Shown piece after piece: positions 44,072-55,223 of a stretch of 64,000 nt of DNA. This DNA comes from an uncultured Nitrososphaeraceae archaeon. Its GTDB lineage: Archaea > Thermoproteota > Nitrososphaeria > Nitrososphaerales > Nitrososphaeraceae. Positions within the stretch are counted from its first letter, which is position 1; every line of letters begins with the position of its first letter. Both the position numbers and the translations under genes were made by a program. A model generated the notes under the pieces. The model was given only the letters and a program-made list of their open reading frames with translations. It was not told the origin of the DNA and searched no databases. The DNA lies in assembly GCA_963759575.1 (NCBI GenBank), contig CAVWZU010000001.1:36020-100019 (forward strand). Reading direction: 5' to 3'.

Positions 44072-45136
44072 CTATTCCTTAATGTTTATGCTCAATGGAA
44101 AAACTTTGAAATACGAAGGTAAAATACCGATTGGCTCTCCATCTACTGATACTGTAATGTTATTTTCAAGGTCGGATAACAATGCTATAGCTTGTGATTG
44201 ACCATAATAAATTTCATCTTGGTTAGCAATAGATTCTTCACCCCTTTTTATATCCACAAGCTTGTCTAGTATTTTGAAACCACTTGAATTTTTTACTATT
44301 ATCGTATCTAGCAATCCGTCGTTCATTTCAGCTTTTGTTGCTGCATTAAAACCTCCTCCCATGATATTGCCGTTTGCTACCATCGCCATCGTCATGTTGG
44401 TCAAAAGCGTTTTGACATTTGTATTATCGGTATCATTTACAAATTCAATCAATTCACAAACATTACTCTGATAGGTTGGTATTGTTGCAAGTACTCCTGT
44501 AATAGTTGATAGCAGACGGCTACTAATTCTGTCTCTCACCATTTTGGACCTATTTATTATTTCTGCACCAACTCCTATTTCAGCTGCATTTAAGATAACA
44601 CGACCGACGTAATCTTCTATTTCTTCTTTGTCATCTTTCCTAGTGTGAACAATTGCTGTGATAGCGTCGATTTTCTTGAAGTTGTCTGTCGAAGTTACAA
44701 CCTTGCAGCATTCTTCAATTTCTGATGGCAATCCCAATGACTTTACCAGAATATTTCTAGTTCCACCAGGAAGGACTGTTAATATTGCGTCTGGATTAAT
44801 AATATCCATCTGAACAAATTCGGACGATTTCTTGTTATCTTTCATATTTTTTAAATTAAACTCTTTATCGAGCCTTATTTTGAAAAATCCATTAGCAACC
44901 TCATTGACCATCCCGTCTCCTCCGATTGGAATTATGTTGTTATAGCCTTTTTCGAGATATTCTCGTGTTAGAACGGTGCCATCATCAGCTTTTTTTGTAA
45001 ATATGTATTCGATGTCTTCTCCAAAATATTTTTTTAAGATAGCATGCAGGGAGTCCCAATTCTTTCCTGTTTGACCTCCACTTGAATTTGGATTTACTAT
45101 GATTATGGACTTTTTGGTCATTGATATATTCTTCAT
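44072..45136 (-). CDS. Diacylglycerol/lipid kinase family protein (YegS/BmrU-like)
   Basis: IVNPNSSGG, IGGDGMVNEVANG, LPGGTRN, MGGGF, DGLLD, VDGE. Confidence 0.92.
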   Translation of the reverse strand: MKNISMTKKSIIIVNPNSSGGQTGKNWDSLHAILKKYFGEDIEYIFTKKADDGTVLTREYLEKGYNNIIPIGGDGMVNEVANGFFKIRLDKEFNLKNMKDNKKSSEFVQMDIINPDAILTVLPGGTRNILVKSLGLPSEIEECCKVVTSTDNFKKIDAITAIVHTRKDDKEEIEDYVGRVILNAAEIGVGAEIINRSKMVRDRISSRLLSTITGVLATIPTYQSNVCELIEFVNDTDNTNVKTLLTNMTMAMVANGNIMGGGFNAATKAEMNDGLLDTIIVKNSSGFKILDKLVDIKRGEESIANQDEIYYGQSQAIALLSDLENNITVSVDGEPIGILPSYFKVFPLSINIKE

Positions 45137-45699
45137 GGCATATATTCATATTGATTAATGTGTCGGTTTATTCCTTGCAATTGCCGTAAATATTTTGTTT
45201 ACTTTTTATTATGTTGACTTGGGATTTCCCTATCGCATGAAAATATCTATATTTTTCTAAAATACAAATAACGATACTATAGTTTTGACTAACATCACCC
45301 CACAGGTATCCTCACTCCTCAGGAACCTCAGTTGGATACCTGAGTTTCATCGATTTTTTTTTGATTTGAATTTGCAATTTTGATCCTCGTACTTTTTCAA
45401 AAAACGATACCTATGATTTTGGCACACTTCCAATGAATGTTAAGTCTATAACCGCAAGTGAAGCTAACGCGCATAATGGAAGTTAACTTCCACAATCGCA
45501 CCATCGGAAGGCCTTATAAAACTGCAATTGGCCGGTTGACCAATGCCTGGTGATGATGCGTCACAAGTATTGTGAAAATAATACCATTAGGGATGATGGT
45601 GGTGTTGTTTAATTAGATAAACATGAACGTCTAACTTCTAATACATCACAAACTGAAACTAGTTTAGTTGGGTATTGAATAGATGTGATGAATGAACAA

Positions 45700-46396
45700 A
45701 TGATTATTCATTCAACCAATTCTATCAAGGTCATTCTAATACTACCCTTTCGAAAGGACCCGGTCCACAATTTCAATATTCAACTTTTGGAATTGGTTTA
45801 CTTGGTCACATTTTAACCTCAAAATCAAATGTGTCAACTTTTGATAATCTATTGGAAAATACTATATTGGATGTATTGGGAATGAATGACACAAGTTTTG
45901 TTCTTTCAGACTCTCAAGAATCTCAATTGGTAGTGTGCCACTTTAACGGTCAAGAACTTCCATTGTGGGATATCCGATCTCCTACTAATCCTGTCGGAGG
46001 ACTTTATTCGTCTGCTAGTGACATGATAAGATTCTTATCAGCTAATATGGGATTGATTAAAACAACTTCAGATAATGCCATGCAAGAATCACATTTGATA
46101 AGACATAGTACAGACCTTTCATGCCTAATAATTTACAAGCATCAACAAAAGGTGATAATATCGAATCATATATAGGTTTAAGATGGAGTATAACTACAAA
46201 CCTTGATCACGAAATTATATGGCATAATGGGATTACGATTGGTGGTTACACTGCCTTTATGGCCTTTAATCCTGTTTTAGAGAGATGTATCGTCATCTTA
46301 AGCAGTGCCGATTATGCGAATAATAATATTTCAAATATTGTTTTCAATCAGAAGGATAAGCTATCATCTCTGATATGGGATTTACTCAATCAATGA
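45700..46396 (+). pseudogene. Serine hydrolase (beta-lactamase class C-like) pseudogene, C-terminal half
   Basis: FQYSTFGIGLLGHIL, ILDVLGMNDT, GGLYSSASDMIRFL, IWHNG..GGY spread over frameshifted ORFs. The SxxK half is not visible and the 5' boundary is approximate. Confidence 0.8.
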
Positions 46397-46645
46397 AGGT
46401 AGGTTACTACTACTTATTTTATTCTTTATCCATTTTCTTTATTCTTGTAACCAATTTCTATAATTTTGACAATACCACACAATCTTTTAACAGATATGAA
46501 TTCAAGGTTCAAAATGGTTAAATAATAGAAAAAATTATCATATAATTAATCGATTTCATAATGGACATTTATTTTTCTGAACAGAAAAGCTACTCGGAAA
46601 GAGGGGGCGTAGACCAAATATTAAATCCCACCATTTCTGTGAAGA

Positions 46646-47992
46646 ATGTGGTCTTCCAGTCTTACACAACTGAATGTTTTTCTAAAATTAACAGTTTCTA
46701 TGAGACCCATGACCTTGTTCTTGAAATATAAATCTACATCTATTATCACAATATTCATTGTTCTTATTCTAGGTAATATTTTTCCTGTTTATTCAATCGA
46801 CAACCATGCCAAACATGGCACCCCACCACCACTGTCAATTCAGAATCAACAGACTGCTAACATAGGAGAGCAAGATGTGTCAGTTAATAAACCGTCTAAA
46901 TCCTATGCAGAACTAATCGTCACATTCTGCCAAGATGATGGCGACCATTGTCCCACAATGGCCTTAGACGATCTCAATAAAACAGAGAGTCGTCAATTGG
47001 TTTTAGGAACTTTTTCGGATGTTATTCAGGTATATGATGAAAACAATTACACTTGTCATCATGAAGGACATCACCTTGGGATGTGGTTGAATAACTATAC
47101 CCGAAACATAACAGAGGCGCTCAAGTATGCTACAATACTCTGTGGAGGTTCAGTTTACCATGGTATCTTTCAAAGCTATTTTGAAGGCGAACAATTAGTT
47201 CACAATGCAAATAAAGATCAGATCCTAATCACAAATCTTTGTCCTATAGGTCAAGAACATGTCAGTTGGCTACATGAACGTGATTGTTTCCATGGAATAG
47301 GACACGGTTTAGTGAAATTATACAGTTACAATACTACCGCTGCAGTTGATCGTTGTAATGAGTTTATACCCTTGTGGACACAGAGCGCATGTTCAAGAGG
47401 TGTATTTATGGAATATTATGAATATTTCTTTGAAACAGGAAAAGGCGATTTTGACAAAAATGACCTCTATTCCCCTTGTAACAGAACCGTTGAAAAATTT
47501 GCACCTCAGTGCTATTACTATTTTCCAGCGTATAAAGTGGTAGGAAACAATCTTACAATCCAACACAATCTCACAGATGCATTTGCTCAATGTGATAATA
47601 TTTCTCCAGGCAAATTTGCCAAATATTGTTATCAAGGTATTGGTAGGCTGTTATCACCTAATGCATATACTGATCCAGAATATTCAATTGCGGCTTGTTA
47701 CAGTGGAAATCAGCCAGCATATAGTTATGATTGTTTACTAGGAACGCTCAAGACAATCCTTAAGGGAGATGGAAAAACAGATGCTGGGTTCCAGTTCTGC
47801 AGTGTTTCAAACCCAGAATTTAAAGCGACATGTTATGAAATTCTCGGGATGTGGATTAAAACATTCCTCTATATTAATCAACAAGAATTAGAAACTGAAT
47901 GTGCTAAGACACCTGATGTGGAATATGTTATCAATTGCATGAATGCAAATCCCGGATCTGGGGCAGATGTTCCCGTATTTGAACCAGTTTAA
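46646..47992 (+). CDS. Secreted Cys/His-rich helical-repeat protein
   Basis: Signal/anchor (start may be 46700 or 46709), 18 Cys, motifs CHHEGHHLG, CGGSVYHG, CFHGIGHG, CSRGVFME, CYQGIG. Confidence 0.8.
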   Translation: MWSSSLTQLNVFLKLTVSMRPMTLFLKYKSTSIITIFIVLILGNIFPVYSIDNHAKHGTPPPLSIQNQQTANIGEQDVSVNKPSKSYAELIVTFCQDDGDHCPTMALDDLNKTESRQLVLGTFSDVIQVYDENNYTCHHEGHHLGMWLNNYTRNITEALKYATILCGGSVYHGIFQSYFEGEQLVHNANKDQILITNLCPIGQEHVSWLHERDCFHGIGHGLVKLYSYNTTAAVDRCNEFIPLWTQSACSRGVFMEYYEYFFETGKGDFDKNDLYSPCNRTVEKFAPQCYYYFPAYKVVGNNLTIQHNLTDAFAQCDNISPGKFAKYCYQGIGRLLSPNAYTDPEYSIAACYSGNQPAYSYDCLLGTLKTILKGDGKTDAGFQFCSVSNPEFKATCYEILGMWIKTFLYINQQELETECAKTPDVEYVINCMNANPGSGADVPVFEPV

Positions 47993-48161
47993 GTGGTGGA
48001 AAGTAGTAATGTAGGCGGCTATCGCCCAGAGTAAGCCCAAACTTGCGATCCTACCACTACCATATCCTGATGTACCGGCGACTGCATAATCATTTAGAAA
48101 AACCTGGGTTATAAAATAATTTAGATAGCAATTTTATATATCCTAACTCATTGTTATTGGT

Positions 48162-48704
48162 ATGCAATCTATAACATTATTTGTCATAATACTACTTAGC
48201 ATAAGTATATTATTACACAATGACAAAAACGCGTTCAGTCAAACATACCAGAATGAAAATGATAAAGCAAATCACGATCTCATTAACTTGGTCACAAATT
48301 CGCTCAATTTATCTGCTCCAGTATATCAAGCATATTCGGGAGCCTTCCTCGGAACTAAGAATTTATCATCCGGCCCACCCATAATAAGCGAAGATCATGC
48401 TGTCGAAAAAGCTGTTATGAAAAATGTGGGCAATGTAACCAATAATATGACCTTCTTAAATACTCATTTACCAGATGGTACTATTCAGAGTGCCGCCAAG
48501 GGGGTGATTACATCTGATGACGGACAAAGCATTAGTTGGATTTCTTCAGATATTGGAATGATTAGTGACCAGGGGGAATTGTTTCATGGGATAGTCCAAT
48601 TTAACATATCAAATAGTTCAAGTTTCTCATATCTAAATAATGCAACAGGTATAGACACACAGACTCCAGAGATTAAAAGGACAATATGGTTAATTGAGAA
48701 GTAG
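48162..48704 (+). CDS. Secreted hypothetical protein
   Basis: Signal peptide ends AFS-Q; beta-rich, sequon-rich 180-aa ORF. Confidence 0.75.
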   Translation: MQSITLFVIILLSISILLHNDKNAFSQTYQNENDKANHDLINLVTNSLNLSAPVYQAYSGAFLGTKNLSSGPPIISEDHAVEKAVMKNVGNVTNNMTFLNTHLPDGTIQSAAKGVITSDDGQSISWISSDIGMISDQGELFHGIVQFNISNSSSFSYLNNATGIDTQTPEIKRTIWLIEK

Positions 48705-48840
48705 ATGTGATGGTGTGGATGGTACACAGTACAGTAAATGAGTTAGTTGATCAGGTCAATAGACCCAATTGATATCCTGTGGAATTATACATTTGTGTTG
48801 CGATGCCTTCTTTATTTTGTTTATACATTCCATGATTCTG

Positions 48841-49073
48841 TCAGTTTTTCTCTTTGGATGATTCTATCCCCTGTAAAAGATAGTCTGGCCAGGAGTTGCA
48901 GCAGGAGCATTAGACTTATTTTCCGTAGTGGTGAGAGAATTGGTATTGTTAGCTCCCACATCGATCGGTTGCGCTAGTGCTTGTAGTTGATCAAACCTGT
49001 TGTCATTGCTATATGTAGTTACCAACAACATTCCCGTAATAATTGGAGCAAAAACCAAAAAGAATTTCATCAT
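48841..49073 (-). pseudogene. Truncated paralogue of 18659-19357
   Basis: Shares LLVTT...QLQALAQ.ID...PGQTIFYRG. After restoring one G it reads IESSKE and then stops. Confidence 0.8.
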
Positions 49074-49211
49074 TCCCTAATTCGTTATATTATATATAAG
49101 AATATCGACAAGATATTACCGATCATGAGGAAAAGGAGTGGGTTCATATACGCATATTCTTTTAGAAATTCATGATTCCAATAAACTCTGGATCATAAGG
49201 AACAGTCTGCT

Positions 49212-50060
49212 TTATCCTCTTATTGATCCCAAAGTAAATCCTTTTATCATTTGCCTTTGGAAAGCGATTATGAGAATAATCACTGGCAGCAGAGCTACAA
49301 TAATCCCCGCAGCCAAGTATCCCCATTCGATCCTGTACAAAGAAATGAATTGATATAGTGCCACTTGAAATAATGTGGAATTTGGAGAATTCGCAAGGAC
49401 GATCGGAAGAACAAATTCGTTCCAAGAGAAAATAAATGAAAATATTGATGCGACTGCAAAGCCGGGCATAGAAAGGGGTATAGTGATCCTTCTCAACACC
49501 CCTATCTTTGAACAACCATCTATCAATGCAGAATCTTCTAATTCCTTTGGTATCGTTTCAAAATAATTTTTTAACAATATTACGTTTAGTGGTATGATAA
49601 GTATTTGAAAGGTAAGAATTAGAGAAAAGAGGGAATTAAGTAGTCCTAGATTTGCAAGAATACTATATAGAGGTATTATGTTTATGACAACCGGTATCAT
49701 GAATAAACCTAGTATAAGAGAAAAGAAGACATTTTTAGCTCTAAACTCAAATCTGGCTAGAGCGTACCCTGCAAAGGCACAAATGGTAACATTTAAAATC
49801 ATACTTCCAAAACTAACAATTAAACTATTGTACAGGCTTTTTACAATAGTAGAATTTGTAAATACAAAAGCATAATTTTCAAATGTAACTTGTTCAGGAA
49901 TCAATTTGGGGGGAAAACTCATGGTTTCATCATTTGGTTTTAATGATGTAGTGAAGACCCAAATCAAAGGAAATAGTGTGAGCCCAATGAATATGAATAT
50001 TGCAATGTAAACAAAGGATTTTTCAATCTTTTCAATCCTATTATTAGAAAGTATACCCAT
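49212..50060 (-). CDS. Carbohydrate ABC transporter permease (MalG-like)
   Basis: EAA loop IPKELEDSALIDGCS, FIFSWNEF, about 6 TMs. Confidence 0.95.
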   Translation of the reverse strand: MGILSNNRIEKIEKSFVYIAIFIFIGLTLFPLIWVFTTSLKPNDETMSFPPKLIPEQVTFENYAFVFTNSTIVKSLYNSLIVSFGSMILNVTICAFAGYALARFEFRAKNVFFSLILGLFMIPVVINIIPLYSILANLGLLNSLFSLILTFQILIIPLNVILLKNYFETIPKELEDSALIDGCSKIGVLRRITIPLSMPGFAVASIFSFIFSWNEFVLPIVLANSPNSTLFQVALYQFISLYRIEWGYLAAGIIVALLPVIILIIAFQRQMIKGFTLGSIRG

Positions 50061-50067
50061 GTTTATG

Positions 50068-50937
50068 TCATCCCCTCCGTTTTAATGCTATGATATAGAT
50101 AAACGCAACTACAATGTTGATGGATAACAATATTATTCCCGATGCCGAACCCTTGGATAAAAGCCCAAATTCAAACGCCTGTCTATACATGTATAGCGAC
50201 GCAGGAGTACTAGCGAATAATGGATTACCTCCAGTCATTATTAAGGGAATTTCAAAAAAATTTATTGACCAGATAGTTATTAAAATGATGTCGATTATTA
50301 TAAATGGTTTTATCAGTGGAAGCGTTAGATAAACAAACGACTTGATTTTAGATGCACCATCCACCCTCGCAGATTCATAGATTGACTGATTTATAGATAA
50401 CAATCCTGCAGTAAGGAACAAAATAGTAAATGGTGTTCCATACCAAACATTTGCTATGATAATTGACCATACAACTATATTGGGATCTGACAGCCAAGCT
50501 ATAGCCGAAAACCCCAGATATTCTAGAATGTAGTTTATAATTCCAAAACTGTTGTCAAAAATAAATTTAAATGAAAAAGCAGCAATCAATCCAGACGTTA
50601 TCCAGGGGATCATAATTAAAGCGATCAAAATTTGCTTTCCCTTAATATTTTGATTTAATAGGGATGAAATAACGAGACCTATAACAAACTGAAATACAAC
50701 AGACCCTCCAACAAAGATTATCGAAATTTTAATTGAGGTATGAAAATTTGGATCATTTAAAACTTGTACAAAATTATCAAACCATACAAATTCCCATTCT
50801 TTTAAAATTGTTGTTATTGAGACTCCATGTGTGGAGATATAAATATTCCAAACGAACGGAAATAATAGAAATACACACAATATTGAAATGGCCGGTAAGA
50901 GATAAAGATAGGGCTCATATTTTGCTATAGAGTGCAT
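50068..50937 (-). CDS. Carbohydrate ABC transporter permease (MalF-like)
   Basis: EAA loop SIYESARVDGAS, GIINY, WLSDP, MTGGNP. Confidence 0.95.
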   Translation of the reverse strand: MHSIAKYEPYLYLLPAISILCVFLLFPFVWNIYISTHGVSITTILKEWEFVWFDNFVQVLNDPNFHTSIKISIIFVGGSVVFQFVIGLVISSLLNQNIKGKQILIALIMIPWITSGLIAAFSFKFIFDNSFGIINYILEYLGFSAIAWLSDPNIVVWSIIIANVWYGTPFTILFLTAGLLSINQSIYESARVDGASKIKSFVYLTLPLIKPFIIIDIILITIWSINFFEIPLIMTGGNPLFASTPASLYMYRQAFEFGLLSKGSASGIILLSINIVVAFIYIIALKRRG

Positions 50938-50971
50938 TTCTATGAAAAATAATGTGTGGATTTAGATTTTG

Positions 50972-52291
50972 CTACCAGCCTAGAATCTCAGCGGTTTTTT
51001 TGGCGGCATCATCCAGAGCTTGTTTGGGCGCTTTTATGTTGTAAAAAACTTCATCAATGGCCTGTTTTATGTTCTCAGCTATTTGAGGATATTCCGGGAT
51101 GTTTGGCCTACTATGACCCTGCGGGATCATGGATATCATTTCAGAATAATAAGGAATGGTACTATTTAGCTGGGATGAATAATTACCTTCGCCAATCGGT
51201 TTTTGAGTTGGAAGATACCCTTCTTGTTGTAACATTGGGGTTAAAACCTCCGGGTCCACCACGATCGTCAACAACTCCCATACCAAATCTTTGTTAGGAG
51301 ATGTTTGCGGGATGCTTAATACCCATCCACCCATCGTTGTAGTGGTATTAACGCCAGCAGATGGAGTTGGGAACAGCGGTAGCATTCCAATACTCTCGTC
51401 TAATGAGTTCCATTCACTTTTAGGGAAAGTGCCTAACAACCATGACCCTTCTAGCATAACTGCAAACTTTTTATCCGCAAATTCCTGTCCCCAAAAGTGG
51501 TTGGGCTGAGGCGAAATACCTGCATCTACTTGTTGCTTTAAGAATTCCAATGCCTTTACACCATGTGAACTGTTGAATGCGGGATACCAGTATGATCCCT
51601 TATCAGGATGATTGTCTCTTTGTTCAAGTATTTGACCGCCTAGCATCCATAAGTATGGATACCACATATCAGGCGAGTGAGCGGCTCCCACCAGATGTAC
51701 TCCCTGGATTCCACGGTCTTTTAAGATATCATTTAACTTCTTGGCTGATTCGATATACCCATTCCACGTAGTCAAATTCTCTGGCTTAATACCTGCCTCC
51801 TGGACGAGATCTTTCCAATACCACATTGCTCGAACATCAGTCCATGACCAAATGCCATAGGTTTTATTTTCATATTTGCCTCCATCCCAATTGGTCGGGT
51901 ACCATTCATTTGCTCTTCCCCAATCATTTACTTTATCGGTTATGTCGGTAAGAAAACCACCTTCTGCAAATTCTCCAAGCCATATTTGATCAACAGATAT
52001 CAAATCTAAGGGAGTTTGTCCTGCCATAGAGGTTAAGATCTGTGTTCTGGTTGCATCATATGGCAATACGCGGTAATCGATTTGGATATCTAATTCTGGA
52101 TGGTTTTGTCTTAATTTGTCCAAAGCCTTTTCAAATAAAATATCCCATCTTTCTTTAGGTTCGGCTACAATCGCTGTAAGTGTAACTTGCTGCTGTTGCT
52201 GCCCATACACCTTGTCGTAATTGTTTTGTAGAAAAAAAATCACAAAGACTAATAAAACTAGCATAGAAAATGAAGGCACATATAATTTCAT
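50972..52291 (-). CDS. Carbohydrate ABC transporter substrate-binding protein
   Basis: Signal/anchor; DLISVDQIWLGEFAEGG, FADKKFAVMLEGSW, MGGWVLSIP, RPNIPEYPQI. Confidence 0.92.
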   Translation of the reverse strand: MKLYVPSFSMLVLLVFVIFFLQNNYDKVYGQQQQQVTLTAIVAEPKERWDILFEKALDKLRQNHPELDIQIDYRVLPYDATRTQILTSMAGQTPLDLISVDQIWLGEFAEGGFLTDITDKVNDWGRANEWYPTNWDGGKYENKTYGIWSWTDVRAMWYWKDLVQEAGIKPENLTTWNGYIESAKKLNDILKDRGIQGVHLVGAAHSPDMWYPYLWMLGGQILEQRDNHPDKGSYWYPAFNSSHGVKALEFLKQQVDAGISPQPNHFWGQEFADKKFAVMLEGSWLLGTFPKSEWNSLDESIGMLPLFPTPSAGVNTTTTMGGWVLSIPQTSPNKDLVWELLTIVVDPEVLTPMLQQEGYLPTQKPIGEGNYSSQLNSTIPYYSEMISMIPQGHSRPNIPEYPQIAENIKQAIDEVFYNIKAPKQALDDAAKKTAEILGW

Positions 52292-52456
52292 TAGCCTTAT
52301 AGGTACATCAACTTTTTTAAGTATTACTCAAGCAGTAAAATTTTTAACTAGTACATATTGAAATCTAGAAATTTTGAGGCCTTGAAGCAACATCTACAAT
52401 CTGTCTAAAATGGTCGAGTCATATTACAAGCAAAAAACCCATTGTTTTTTCAATTA

Positions 52457-53542
52457 TTAATATATTCTTTTTCCCTCCTCGTCAAAAAAATGCATCTTTG
52501 AATACTCAATTTCTATTTCTATCTTATCGCCTACATGAAAAGTATTTAAAATATTATTTGTAGTAACAAGTAAACTATCCAATCCAATTTTCACTTCGAT
52601 TGTGGTGTCATCGCCAAGCATTTCAATAAAGACTACAATTCCGTCTAGTCTGATTCCTGTTGTAATATCAGTTTCCTTAAGAATAATTACATCTCTTGGT
52701 CTTACCCCAACAATGAATTTTGGAGTTAGCTCTTTCTCTAGCAGTATCTTATCAACTGGCTGAATAACGATTGGTTGTGAGAACAAGAATAGGGATTTAT
52801 CTCTAATTGACCCATTGATTAAATTCATCTGCGGATTACCAATAAATTGTCCAACAAATGTGTTTGTAGGTTGATGATAGACTTCAAGAGGGGTTCCAAT
52901 CTGCTGTATATGTCCATCTTTCATAATGGCGATCCTATCTGCCATACTCATGGCTTCAACCTGGTCATGAGTTATATACAAAGTAGTTATTCCGATTTTC
53001 TTTTGTAGTTTCTTTATCTCCGTTCTCATATGTGTTCGAAGCTTTGCATCCAAATTACTTAGAGGTTCATCCATTAGGAATAATTTGGGTTCTCTTACCA
53101 AAGCTCTGCCTAGAGCCACTCTTTGCATTTGTCCGCCGCTTAACTCCCTTGGTTTTCTGTCAAGAAGATCCTTTATTCCTAATAGTTCAGCTATATGGAT
53201 AACTTTTTCTTGTATATGTGGTTTAGATTTCTTTCTCATTTTGAGTGGAAATGAGATGTTATCACGGATAGACATATGTGGGTACAGAGCATAGTTTTGA
53301 AAAACCATAGCTACGTCTCTATCTTTGGGAGATAATTCATTTATTTTCTTATTTCCCAAAAAAATCTGTCCATTTGTTGGGGTCATTAATCCTGCGATGC
53401 ATCTTATCGCGGTAGTCTTTCCACATCCTGATGGTCCCAGCAATACCATTAATTCACCTGACTCTATATTGATACTAAATTTATCCAAAGCTGTCGTCTC
53501 TCCGTATTTTTTTGTGAGGTTTTCTATCTTGAGATCGACCAT
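52457..53542 (-). CDS. Carbohydrate ABC transporter ATPase (MalK/UgpC-like)
   Basis: Walker A GPSGCGKT, VFQNYALYPHM, LSGGQ, LMDEPLSNLDAKLR, THDQVEAM. Confidence 0.96.
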   Translation of the reverse strand: MVDLKIENLTKKYGETTALDKFSINIESGELMVLLGPSGCGKTTAIRCIAGLMTPTNGQIFLGNKKINELSPKDRDVAMVFQNYALYPHMSIRDNISFPLKMRKKSKPHIQEKVIHIAELLGIKDLLDRKPRELSGGQMQRVALGRALVREPKLFLMDEPLSNLDAKLRTHMRTEIKKLQKKIGITTLYITHDQVEAMSMADRIAIMKDGHIQQIGTPLEVYHQPTNTFVGQFIGNPQMNLINGSIRDKSLFLFSQPIVIQPVDKILLEKELTPKFIVGVRPRDVIILKETDITTGIRLDGIVVFIEMLGDDTTIEVKIGLDSLLVTTNNILNTFHVGDKIEIEIEYSKMHFFDEEGKRIY

Positions 53543-54110
53543 GTCTTATATATCCTAGTTTATATCATAAATCACCTTACATAAAGAATTACATGTAAAA
53601 AAATTTAGAGAGAAAAAGACTCGAATGACATTATTTATTATGACTATCCACCCTCATAACTACTCAGACAAAGAACCTCTTATCAAATTCAAGCATGTAT
53701 ATATCCCTCGTGATTTCCAACAAATCAGCTACCTAATATAATAACGCAATCAATGGATGGTACTATAGTAAGACACATATGGGATTACCCGCATTAGTAT
53801 TATTTTCTAAGGTATCATTCCTATTTCCAAAGACTAATTGTATTAGTAATTACTATGGTACTCTCATCAAGCAAGTGGCCTAATGAAGCATTATGAACCA
53901 ATATATCCGACTTTGACTAGGTCTCTTTGTAAATATGTATGACTATAATCAATTGAACGCTTATGATACTAACACCCTCTAAAGGTGTACTCTGGAATTT
54001 CTTAATATACTATTAATCAAAAGAAGAAATATGAACCCTCAAAATCCACATTCTTTATTCTTAGATTGTAAAGAAAAAAAGGGAAAGGTCGCAGGTTTGG
54101 ATTTTAGTCA

Positions 54111-54344
54111 CTAGTTTGCTTTTATAGCACTGGCCATACAGTCTCCAAGCTGTGGATTGAGATTACTGGGTAACTTTATCCATCCTTCCCGACAATCCGT
54201 ATCCTTCATTTTGAATGATGCCGCATCAGCATCGTTTAAAGTTACAAAAGTACTCATCGTTAGTGCTAATGCAACCACAATTGCTATTGAAGCAACTATT
54301 TTTCTTGTTTTTTTATTCTTGTTTTTGAGATTTGTTATTCTCAT
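54111..54344 (-). CDS. Small secreted peptide precursor with one Cys pair
   Basis: Basic N-region, hydrophobic core, ADA cleavage site and a 36-aa mature part with C-x17-C. Confidence 0.65.
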   Translation of the reverse strand: MRITNLKNKNKKTRKIVASIAIVVALALTMSTFVTLNDADAASFKMKDTDCREGWIKLPSNLNPQLGDCMASAIKAN

Positions 54345-55223
54345 AAAGTTAATATATAACAATAATTATATTGGGATTGCTAACTAATTGCAATACTCTA
54401 GTATTCTAGCAACTTTAGAAAATTAATTAGATATTTCTGGTTAGCAAATGTAACCCGGATTCCAACTTAAATTATACAAATTTTTCGTTATTATCGTACG
54501 TAGTCTTACCTTTGATAAATGATAGTATGTAAATCTATTCCATAGATAACACATTGAGAAAACTTTATTAAAATGATATATATTTTAGTCGTGACTCGCA
54601 AATCAAATTTGTATTACTATTTTTTTTGCACCAACGATAAATACGTTAGATTACTCTTCCTCGGCTTAAGTTTTAATTTTTAATAGGCTAGAACTTTTTT
54701 TGAACGTTCTCATGACTTGAGAGTTCCACTAAACCAAATCATTCTAACATGAGAAACCTAAGCCGGTAGTATACTCTCGAAATTGGTAACAATCTCAACA
54801 GACGATTTAAATATCGATTTCCCATTAACTTTACTTTTTAAATATGCACAAAGATTGTTGTAATAAATACTAAAGTTATAGATAACTAATAACTAACTAC
54901 ATCAACCTTTCCTGAGATTATTTTTTTCTAGTTACTATCAGAACAATCTATTTCAAATTGGTTGATGCATTTGGCGTAATCGGACTAATATATTACAATA
55001 ATAAATAATAAATGTATAAACCAAAGATTGTGTAGTCTTTTTAATTTATTATTTAAGTAATCTTTCAACCTTCTGGTGTATTATTAATCTTGTAGAAATA
55101 ATGCAAAAATTTTGGATGATATAGCACATGCAATTAGGAGAACCATCTAAAGTCATTAGTTCGTCTCTGAAAAAAGATTGATAAGAAAAAGAGTAAAAAA
55201 CCTTGATGAATTATACAACTTAG

